DNA of 33,564 nucleotides from NCBI GenBank assembly GCA_010093705.1, contig MU006098.1:1006666-1040229 (forward strand), in the 5' to 3' direction. Made by a program: the position numbers and the translations under genes. This document shows positions 23,878 to 33,564 of the stretch, in pieces; position 1 is the first letter of the stretch, and the number at the start of each line of letters is the position of its first letter. Source of the DNA: Patellaria atrata CBS 101060 (Eukaryota). The notes under the pieces were generated by a model. That model was given only the letters and a program-made list of their open reading frames with translations. It had not been told where the DNA came from and searched no databases.

Positions 23878-26268
23878 ATGCCCTCTGGACGACTGTCGCC
23901 ATCAGTCTGTCTACCGGCATACCCTATTCCCTCATCTCCCTCTACCTCAAGAAACGGATTAGTTACCAGACGTGTCAAAGCGCTAGAAAGACCCTTATGC
24001 GAAGATGGCATGATACTGTCCTCCCCACTCCAATCAACGCATCGATCGCATGACAGTACCTCAAAGTCTTCTCTTCGCTCAATCCACTCGTCAGGCTCAG
24101 ATTCACTAAGAAATGGTCAGCCAGGAAGACCGTCCACGCTGCGTGTTTTGGGTCCATCTGGCCGAACGCGAAGTCAGACACTTGTTCAACTATCGTCTAC
24201 GGTGAAGAATACATCGTACGCGCCAAGATTGCTTTTAACTCAACCCACATTTGCAAAGGAGGAAGGACAGATGCTAGACCCGGATGGGGATGAATTTCCG
24301 AAAGATTCGAAGAGAGCCTATGGTAAACGGCTGGTCAACAAACCTACTACAAATGATCTAAGGCAGGGTAACGTTCGAAGAATTGAAAGCCCGTCTCAGC
24401 GAAGGAGAGCAAATATTGTAAAACGAGCGTGTGGCCACTATGAACATGTACGATCGAGTTCCCAAACCACGCCCCGGAACGTGGAAAAGGAACCCGGTGG
24501 CTCGTTCCTTTCCGTCGGACCAAAATCCAGAAGTCAAGTCGAAGCAACTAGTCCTTGGGCCTACGAAACGTTGAAGAAAGCGAAAAGCGAAAGCTGCTTG
24601 CACGATCGGTGTGCGGTTTGTTTGGTGAACGAGGTATGGGGGCGAGAGTCACCGCAGCATGAACACCAGGAGGATGTCAGGAAATCTCGAGATACCCCAG
24701 TAGTTCCAGCTGCAACGACATTTCGTTCAGCAACGGTACGCCCAGGACACATTACCCCCATGGATGAAATGACCGAATTAGAAACAATAGAGCCTGTCAA
24801 CCCGGGTCAACCTGAAGTACCCCGTCAGGTGCTGGAGGATTCTACGGCGGACCCGTCTCACTCAACTGTAAACTTTGAGACGATAAGTCAAATAATCTCC
24901 CAGCACCAGAAGCAGCTGAGGAGAATAGCTCGAACTATAGAAGATGAGAGTACCCGCTTCAGCGAAGTTCTAGAGTCTTGGATAACTCCGATGCTAGTTC
25001 CACTTAATGAGACCAGGCATTCCGCTCCGGCAAATATTATTGCTTCTATTTCCAACTCCGTACCGCAAGATTCCTCGTACCCAAGTCCCAATATCATCCC
25101 GCTCAGTGTAGCTAGACGAACAAAATCGGTTCCAGAACTGTTGAACATGATCGATTGCGCCGCCGACCATCTCGGGCTCGATCTAGAATGTAATCAAAAT
25201 GATGGTGTAAGCACCTATCTGACCTCGGAACGTTCCCATCATCAGAGAAGTGATACCATCGAACCCCGACGAACTTCATATCCAAGCTCCACCGAACTAT
25301 CCTCGACTTCTTGGTCCGTCGACGCCATTCCCACCTCGACTTCGCAACTAACACATTCCCCAGAGCGTACGAACGAAGCTTCAGGATCCTATTTCCCTCG
25401 AGTCTCCTCCACCACCCACCTTACCCCTAAGATTGCTTCATCCCCTTTCCTGCTCACGGACGCGAAAACCCTACGCACTACTGGGACCCGTCGCTACCAA
25501 GCGCAATCCCTTTTACGTCTATCCTCATCTTTCGGCACCGCATCTCCGGCTCCTTCCATTTATCACTCCGTGCCCGCGACCCCGGCGCCCTATCCCCGGT
25601 CTGCGTCGTCCTATTTTCCAACCCAGCCATCGGTGCTCAATTTCAAGCGCACTTCTGCCCTATCTACATCCCGAGATTCCCTCGTTGGGACACTCACACC
25701 TTTTACCGAGTCTCCGAGCATCCTGTATGGGGCGAAAGAGCCGAATTCGAATACACCCCTCAATTACATCCACAGCTCCACCCCACCGCAACCACCTCCT
25801 ACGGTTCTTCTTCCCTTGTCTTTATTACCAAATTTCCCCCCGCCAAAAAGTAGCGAGGACGTGCTACTGACGCCCCAGAGAGGACGCTCCAGGCGCTCTC
25901 CCCGGGAGACAGCTACAGCAGATAACTTTCAAAATCGAGAAAAGCAATGTGAAAGACAGAAACTCAGAGAGAAAACCGTCGATAAAGAGCTAAAGGGAGA
26001 GACTTCCCTTACTGCCGCGAGGACATCATCCGTGTGTTGGCATGGAGGACCGGTGTGGCATCCGCGAGTTGATGTGACTGTGTCGAGTGAGCGGGTGCGG
26101 ACAGTGAAGAAAAGTTTGGAGGAAGGGAGAGATAGGGAGATAATTCAAAAAGGGATAGAAAGTGAACAAAGGACAGATATTGAGAAAGAGGTTGCAAAGG
26201 GCGCCTTGGGTGTTAAAGATAGAGTTAGACTATTTGAGGGCTTGGGGAGCAGGATGGAGGGAGGATGA
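23878..26268 (+). CDS. Large Ser/Pro/Thr-rich protein of unknown function (~796 aa from first ATG), probably mostly disordered
   Basis: Uninterrupted 2.4-kb ORF with no recognisable domain. The start is uncertain because the frame is open from at least 23848. Confidence 0.7.
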   Translation: MPSGRLSPSVCLPAYPIPSSPSTSRNGLVTRRVKALERPLCEDGMILSSPLQSTHRSHDSTSKSSLRSIHSSGSDSLRNGQPGRPSTLRVLGPSGRTRSQTLVQLSSTVKNTSYAPRLLLTQPTFAKEEGQMLDPDGDEFPKDSKRAYGKRLVNKPTTNDLRQGNVRRIESPSQRRRANIVKRACGHYEHVRSSSQTTPRNVEKEPGGSFLSVGPKSRSQVEATSPWAYETLKKAKSESCLHDRCAVCLVNEVWGRESPQHEHQEDVRKSRDTPVVPAATTFRSATVRPGHITPMDEMTELETIEPVNPGQPEVPRQVLEDSTADPSHSTVNFETISQIISQHQKQLRRIARTIEDESTRFSEVLESWITPMLVPLNETRHSAPANIIASISNSVPQDSSYPSPNIIPLSVARRTKSVPELLNMIDCAADHLGLDLECNQNDGVSTYLTSERSHHQRSDTIEPRRTSYPSSTELSSTSWSVDAIPTSTSQLTHSPERTNEASGSYFPRVSSTTHLTPKIASSPFLLTDAKTLRTTGTRRYQAQSLLRLSSSFGTASPAPSIYHSVPATPAPYPRSASSYFPTQPSVLNFKRTSALSTSRDSLVGTLTPFTESPSILYGAKEPNSNTPLNYIHSSTPPQPPPTVLLPLSLLPNFPPPKSSEDVLLTPQRGRSRRSPRETATADNFQNREKQCERQKLREKTVDKELKGETSLTAARTSSVCWHGGPVWHPRVDVTVSSERVRTVKKSLEEGRDREIIQKGIESEQRTDIEKEVAKGALGVKDRVRLFEGLGSRMEGG

Positions 26269-26670
26269 GGGATAGTTCGTGGTAGTCAGGGATGAAAGGG
26301 TGTGAGAGACCGCGGGAAGTCTTCTGTACTCTTGGCTCAGATATGCAAAACTATTCATGGTTTTATCATGTCTGTTGCCCATTTTGCGAAAGGTCACAGT
26401 GCGCACTAACTTGTAATTTTGATTACATACTACTTTATTGCTGGGCACAAGGGATGTTGAACTAAAGTCTTGATGAACTCTAGTAGGAACATAGACTTTC
26501 CGATGCAGAGGGCGTGTACAAACATGCATAACCTCCATATTTGTAACCGCATATGTTGAAGCATTTATAGCCCGTACTGCTAAATCCCACCCCACAAACG
26601 CCCAGTCTCGCAAGGCCAAACATGTTTTGAAATGAAGTAAGTGGAACATAAGGGTACCGAATATCGCTTC

Positions 26671-29600
26671 TTACCTAACCGGAATATCCTGCTGATAGCC
26701 CCTCAAGTCTAGTGTCACCGTCCTACTACTATTCACCCCCTGATCCCTTAAGACACCGACCAAACACTCGCTCTCCTGGAAAAGCGCAGCTTTCAAACTG
26801 ATCACAATGAACTGCATACCAGGCCCAGCATGGTCCTTAACGTACTTGGCAACCCGGGCCACATTAACGTTGTCGAGGGCGGCATCAACCTCATCAAGCA
26901 CGAAAAACGGGCTCGGCTGGAACGAGTGAATCGAGAAGAGTAGCGCAAGCGCTGCGATCGTCTTCTCACCGCCGGATAGATGTTCCATGTCTCTGAAGCG
27001 CTTGAGCGGCGGCATTGCATGGTACTTAATCCCTGCTTCGAAGGGGAGTTCGGGGTCTTCGGTATCAAGGTATGCTTGACCGCCTAAGGGAAAGGCGGTG
27101 CTTCTCGTAAGGTCTTTGTAGACTTGACCGATAGTCTCTGAGATATGCGAAAAGGCTTTTGTGAAGAGCTCGAGGCGCTTTTCTTTCGTGTCTTCGAACT
27201 CATCTTTCGCGGCTTTAGCCGCTTTCCGAGCGGTTTCAAAGTCTCTTTCTGTGGCTTTTAGTCGTGTGGATGTCGTTTCGAGACGTTCGATAGCCCTCAT
27301 GTTTGGGGAGAGCTTCTCGAGGGTCACATTGAGGGTGTTGATAGCATCCAGGAGTTTTGTTTCGGCTGCAGGCGAGGAATCCTAGAAAAGTTTTAGCAAT
27401 GTTTTTTATCCTCGGGTGCATAAGAGGGAAGAAAGTTACGGTCTAGACGTACTTCTTTGAGGTCATCGTCGAGTTCGTCGAAATTCATCTCGATACCATA
27501 GTCTTGCACGTCTGAGTTGACCGGCAAGATTCTCTCAATATCATTCTCGGCGTCAATGTCCATTGTGTCTTCGCCCACCGCACTAGCCATCTCATCAAGA
27601 GGCAAGCTCTCCAGCTTCCTGGAGCCTTGCGTTAGAGGGAGCTTAATTTCATCAATCTTGCACTTCTTAAGCAATTGATAGCGAGCCGCATTGTTACGCT
27701 GGACTTCAGACTCCAACTCGGAGACGGCTCTAATCGTGCTATCAACGTTCTTACCACGCTTCTGGACTTCGCGCCGATTCTCCGCGACTTTCTCTCCCTT
27801 CTCACCAGCCCTGGCCTTGAGCTGTTCCAGTTGTTCGTTAAGCTGCTCTAACTCTGCGTTCAGCACATCGAGATCCTCTTGTATATCCTTTTTCTCGGCT
27901 TGTAGTTGAGCAATGAGAATTTCGTCCCGCTTTGCTTGCTCTTGGAGAGCCTTAATCCTATCCTTAGTTTGCCCTAAACGTTGAGTTTCGAAACTAAGCT
28001 GATTCTCGAGCTTGCTGCGCTGTGTTGCAAATTCGAGTTTCTTCATCGCATTCTGTTGTTGAACGCTACCCTGTTGATCTTCATATTCCCTGATGGTACT
28101 GAAGTTGAGTCGATGACAGAAATCCCGAAAGACATCGTCTTCAACCTCAGCCACTGCGTCCTGATAATTCTTAAGATTTGTTTTCATGTTCTGAACACCA
28201 CGCGACTGCTCCTCGTATTTCGGATTTACCTCGTCCAACTGTGACTTAGCAAAGTCATACTCCTGCTTCTTGCTCTGAATATTACGATCTAGAGCCTTGA
28301 GCTCATCAAGGATGTAATTAAACTTCTGCTCGAGTGCACGTAATTCAGCATGAAGGGTCTCCTCTTCAGCTTCTCTACGACGATCTCTAGGCAAGGCGTC
28401 AAGATCACCAATGAGTTTTTCTTGGAGCTTGCGCAGGTTCTGAACTTCAGTGTCCTCCCATCTCCTCTGATTTCTATCGCTAGGTCCTCGACCACCGGTC
28501 ATTAGACCACCCTTGTGGATGATCATGCCATCTAGAGTTACAGCTTTTGCTTCAACACCCTTCTCATAGCAGATGTACTTCGCGACCTTCATATCGTCGC
28601 AAACCATGGCGTTACCACATGCATACGACATTGCGCGTTCAACTTCTCGATCAAAGTCAATCGTATCGATTGCGAGCCGCATACCGCGATGCATCCCCTT
28701 CAGGTTCGGGTTTATCGACTTGAATTGAATCGTTTCCAGTGGAATGAAACTCAAAGGAGCGATTCTCTGATCTCTTAGATATTGAATGCAATCCTTTGCC
28801 GTTTTTTCGGTGTCGGTAACGATGGCGTCAAAGTGCCTGCCTAGGACGGTGCTGACTGCTATTTCGAATTTCTTTTGCTTCGGTTTGCATAACTCGTGAA
28901 TTCGGCCTCGAACATCTGGATAGACACGTTTCAATGCTGCTACCGTTTCCTTGATGCGTAGTTCTTTCTCATTTTGTCGTCTCCCATTATCCGCTTCATT
29001 GAGCTTGATGAGCACATCTTGAAGCTTCTCATTCAGCTCAGTGTGCTTCTGTGCTGTACGTAACCGCTCAGAAGTCAACGCATTTATGGTCTTTCTCTTA
29101 GTATCAATGTCTTTTTGGATATGTTTTGCATCCTTATTTAGCGTATCCTTACGACCTTGAAGATCTTCGATTTCGTTTTTCAACTTGCCCATAGATGCTC
29201 CTGCTGCTTCAACCTTGCTTTGGAGGCTACTTAGGGTTTCCTCATCCGTTTTGAGCTGCCGACTTATGTTGTCAATCCTAATCTGATTTTGTGCGGACCG
29301 TTTCGTGACTTCCCCACGCAACTTGTTGTACGCTTGAAGATCTTGTTCACTCAACTCTCGGCCCTCTTGCTGAGCGATTTTTTTCCTCTCGTCTTCCCAT
29401 CTCTTCTGCGCTTTCTGAATAGTGCCAAGGTCTTTCTTAAGCTTATCCACGTATTGCGATTGAGAATCTCCCTCTTTTGAGATCTCGTTCACACGGGCTT
29501 GGTACCTTTGAAGATTCTTATTTGCGATGGTAACCTTTTCATCTACTGGTATCAAGCTGTTCTCTTTTTCCTCGATCTCCCTTTCTTTACGTTTGATGCT

Positions 29601-30672
29601 CCGGTCAACCTTCTGAATATCACGTGTAACCTTGGCTTGATCCTGTTTCGCTTCTTCCAGTTTTCTCTCGTACTTCTCCACGCCACGGCGATATTCTTTG
29701 AGTTCTTCCTGGTATTTCTGAATCTCGGCTCCGGATTCCTCCATAACTCGCTGGAAATGATAGAGTTTCCATAGGACGTGCCTAACAACAGCTCCATCCC
29801 GCTCGGCAGCTTTCCGCTCATAGTTTTCGGCTTCCTTCTTTTGCTCTTGGTATTGCTTGATTTCCGCGTTGATCCCTCGGCGCTGATTGAGCTTGAACCC
29901 TTGTTCCTCGGCCAATCTCTCTGATTCCAGCTTCAACCGATCATACTCTGCTTTGTATTCCAAACTTCCTGAAATCTGTTCGATGAGTCGAGTGAGCTCT
30001 TTAGGCGACTGTGAGGCTATTGTTTCAACGTCGCCTTGAAATACTAGGAAATTCCTCGCCTTGATGAGAATATTTTCCGCCTCTAATGCTGCGTTGTACT
30101 CTTTGGCATTAACTACCTTATTGTCGATCCTGTATTCACTGACACCTGCGCCCGTGATACTCCGCTTCCATTTTACTAGGTCACCAGCGTCATCCTCATA
30201 GACAGCTATGACCCAGGCCGTTTGGGGATCATTGCGTTGACTTGATTTTGTTTCTTCTCCGTCTGCATGTGCATCACCGTTGACATGGCTATTAGGCTCT
30301 CCATCCGCAGGGCCGTCGGTGGCAGTACCGTCTGCATTGATTTTCGAGGTCTTGAGTACGCGTCCACGATAGATCAAGTCGCGAAGATGTTGAGATCGCA
30401 AGTGCGAGGATTTGATACCCAGAACAAAGGATATAGCATCCATCCTGTGTGCTTCAGTCAGTAATTGCGTGTTAGTTTGGCAGAGAAGGACCTGTACGAG
30501 TTAGATTTTCCAGAGCCATTGGGGCCGATGATAGACGTGAAATAGGAATCCCCAAATAAAAGGGTGTGGTGTCCTTTGTAGGATTTGAAATCTACGAAAT
30601 GTTAGTTCTGTGGACCTATGATATACACGGCGCAATCATACTGAACAACTCGAGTCGGATGAGCTTCCCCAT
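26671..30672 (-). CDS. SMC1: Cohesin subunit SMC1 (~1275 aa); exons 30672-30642, 30591-30498, 30444-27453, 27381-26671
   Basis: N-terminus MGKLIRLELFNFKSYKG, Walker A GPNGSGKSN, KARNFLVFQGDVE, hinge GxIIHKGGLMTGG, signature PPLKRFRDMEHLSGGEK and Walker B FFVLDEVDAALD. Three canonical introns. Confidence 0.97.
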
Positions 30673-31196
30673 TTCTTGCGGTCACCCTGGAGCGATGCAC
30701 GCTTTGAGACTACCACAACACGGTTACGAAAAGAACAAGCCGAAAAAGAGATTTGAAGGAAATCGGTGTAAAGCGTTAATCACTTGAGAGAGACGCGAAA
30801 CTCTGAGGCACTACGGACGACACGACTTGTAGGACTTAACCTTAGAGTGCCAAGAGGAATTAGATGCAAACACGGCAAACATGTGATTTCATCGTCGCAG
30901 CATCATTCCCAACCTTAAAGTTCCAATCATTTTGTTCAAAACCACCACGACTTTGCCTACCTTATCCGTCCACAGCACAACTACTGTAAATTCCCAACCC
31001 CAACGGTCAGAGAGGATTTCTCTATACGAATAACGTGAACACTATTCTGAGTCATGCGATAGGTCTAGTGCTCTATTTCACCTACCTTCACGCGTATGCC
31101 CCTCATGTTCCCCTCCCGTTCCCACTCCCTCTGCTCTTGCTTTCTTTCCCTTTTCCTTCCACATAACCGAACACTGGAGAATATTCACTTATCGCG
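30673..31196. promoter_or_regulatory. Divergent promoter of SMC1 and the GPC1-like gene, with MCB/SCB-like elements
   Basis: 524 bp between head-to-head start codons. ACGCGAAA at 30793-30800 and ACGCGT at 31090-31095 resemble G1/S MBF/SBF sites, which fits a cohesin gene. Confidence 0.5.
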
Positions 31197-32893
31197 ATGG
31201 CAGTTACTACGCTTCCGCGCTCTGATACGCGACTGATCTCCCGTCGTACACCATCAGGCCTTCATGTCGTAGATGAAGGCGTCGCTCTCAATATGTCCAC
31301 CGAGCCAAACCCTAACATACCTAAATCCACGTCCATGCCTGCAATAGAGGCCGACTCTGAACTATTCAAACAGCCTTTACCTGGAGACTCAACCCACGGC
31401 GGCTCTGCCCTTCAAGGCGATTATCTTACGAGCCGTAATGCCGACAAATCATCCTACCTAGCCTCCTCCCCTCCAACCCCAGGGCTATCCCGAGCAACAT
31501 CATACTCAGGTAGTAGTAGTGCTTATCAAGATGAAGAGGTAGAACAAGCCCTCAATTTAGAAAGAATATCAGTATTCGATATTCTCGAAAATCTGGCTCT
31601 CCCTCAGCGGTTGGAGAAGCTTCAGAACTCCCTATCCGCCCAGGCGGAGAAGGTACGACGTCAGCAGAAACGGCTGTTACAGTCTACAGGTCTGAACGCG
31701 AAGGACGGACTGGTAGATGAATGGCGCAGACGCCTGCCACCTCCCGATGAACAATTAGAAAAATACAAGAAGCGAATGCGAGCTTCCGTTGACCGCTTAA
31801 GCAACCAGTGGAATGATTCCAAGGCAGTAACAGCACGCGAGAAAGCATCATTCATCGCAGGTGTCTTGAATATATTTATAAGTGGCTATCTCATCGGCTC
31901 ACATCCAGAATGGTTCCATATGTGGTATACTGGGCAACTCCTATACTTCATGCCTATCCGCTACTACACCTACCAGAAGAAGGGTTACCATTATTTCCTC
32001 GCCGATCTTTGTTACTTCGTTAATCTTCTTACCATTCTGAGTATTTGGTTCTTCCCCCAATCGAAACGTCTCTTCATAAGCACCTACTGTCTTGCATACG
32101 GAAACAACGCTATCGCAATCGCCATGTGGCGCAATTCCCTAGTGTTCCACTCCCTCGATAAAATAACATCGTAAGTCTACCTTAACCCTCCCGAAACACT
32201 TCGCAACTTATAGCTGAGCCGTACAGTCTCTTCATTCATATAATGCCCTGTGTAACCCTTCATTGCCTGATTCACATCCTCTCACCAGAACTCCAAGCTA
32301 CCAAGTTCCCTGCTATTCACACGATCATACATTCCTCCCCGAACTCGCCAGACCACTACTCACTGCGCTCCATGATTGTTTGGGCTACGGTTCCATACCT
32401 CGTTTGGCAGCTTTCCTACCACATGCTTATCACCGTTCGCCGCCGTGAAAAAATTGCTGCCGGCCGTCCTACATCATTTACCTGGTTGCGGAAGTCGTAC
32501 GCGCCAACTCTCATCGGCAAAGCCGTCCTCGCCCTTCCCGACTACGCGCAGGAGCCTGCATTTATGGCTATTCAGTACGGGTACGCTGTTGCGACCATGC
32601 TACCCTGCCCCCTGTGGTTCTGGTATCGCTGGCTCAGCGCAGGGTTCTTGTTGAGTGTTTTTGGGTGGAGCGTATATAATGGAGCGACGTATTATATTGA
32701 TATATTCGGTACAAGGTTTCAGAAAGAGCTGGAAATGCTTAAGAAGGATGTTGCCAAATGGCAGGGGAGCCCGGAGTTTGAGAGGCGAGAGAGCGAGGTT
32801 GAGAAGGCGGATAGGGAGGTACGGGAGGAAGAGATTCCCAGTATTGAGGGGGCAGTAGGTGGGCGCACGGATGGGATCAGGTTGAGGAAGTAG
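31197..32893 (+). CDS. GPC1: Glycerophosphocholine acyltransferase GPC1-like (DUF2838) membrane protein (~546 aa); exons 31197-32170, 32227-32893
   Basis: Motifs KKGYHYFLADLCYFVN, AIAMWRNSLVFHSLDKITSLFIHIMP, GRPTSFTWLRKSY and NGATYYIDIFG, plus several hydrophobic helices. Intron 32171-32226 reads GTAAGT...GCTGAG...CAG. Confidence 0.88.
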
Positions 32894-33564
32894 TGTTGTC
32901 GTTTGATGAGTGTCATTGGGTCTGTACCTAAAGCTGAGGTTTGTCTAATCAGATTTCTTGGAGCGGGTGGCTGTAGTTTGGTTGATCTCCTGCGTATACC
33001 CTCGTTTCGAATGACCTTTAATACTAATATCTTCCAAAGGATTGCATCAGGATGTTGATTAAGGTTCGGTTGAGATAGGGAAGGGCAAGATAGATGATAG
33101 AATGGGACGATTAATTGAAGATGATAGTCTAGGACCATGAGGCGAATAGCACACCTGAGTACGGAGTATTGTAGCGCGTGTCATTGTTATCCCAAGTTTC
33201 CCCCTCCCCGGCTATCTATCCCTCTCTCACCTATTGATCGTTTTACCATTAAACCCATTGCTACTAACACAATGAATGCTTCATAATCATATGCTTAAAA
33301 GGTCATTCAATTCATCATATACCTGTACCAGCCGCATAATTCTAATCTAGGTCGGGTTATAGTATATAGCTTGCTACTGGGTTATATAAAGTTGTGACAA
33401 TGTAGTATAGCTGTAGTAATCGTATTTTGACTATCTCTATTACTAACTACTAAGTGTGGAGATTAAGTTAAGGAACAATAATATCGTGGGCCGAATGTCC
33501 GCATATAACAGTCCCGCCTTGCCAAGCCTCGGCCCGACTATCTTCCGTTTAACCAATCAGCGCT

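Noticed and set aside
8792..32893. Functional phosphate or lipid cluster formed by the Pho4-like factor and GPC1, or a secondary-metabolite cluster around the P450
   Set aside because: The genes are 20 kb apart and separated by unrelated housekeeping genes. No synthase, transporter or cluster regulator lies nearby.

Overview
Eukaryotic DNA from a filamentous ascomycete (Pezizomycotina-type genes, short GT-AG introns with CTRAY branch sites). I reconstructed 10 apparently intact genes. Seven are recognisable: 6-phosphogluconolactonase, a Pho4/NUC-1-type bHLH phosphate regulator, the G-protein gamma subunit, eIF3a, the mitochondrial ATP synthase delta subunit, cohesin SMC1 and a GPC1-type acyltransferase. 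Three encode proteins of unknown function. A cytochrome P450 at about 18.25-20.43 kb (minus strand) keeps its introns but has lost its ATG and carries four frameshifts and an in-frame stop, so it is a pseudogene. The most interesting unexplained signals are: many TACWGTA/TACCGTA motifs in non-coding DNA that match Tc1/mariner excision footprints; uORF arrangements ahead of the Pho4-like gene and a coiled-coil gene; a non-canonical I-helix in the dead P450; and a possible augmin HAUS8-like identity for one unknown protein. I saw no tRNA, rRNA, CRISPR array or intact transposon. All splice models and counts were done by eye.
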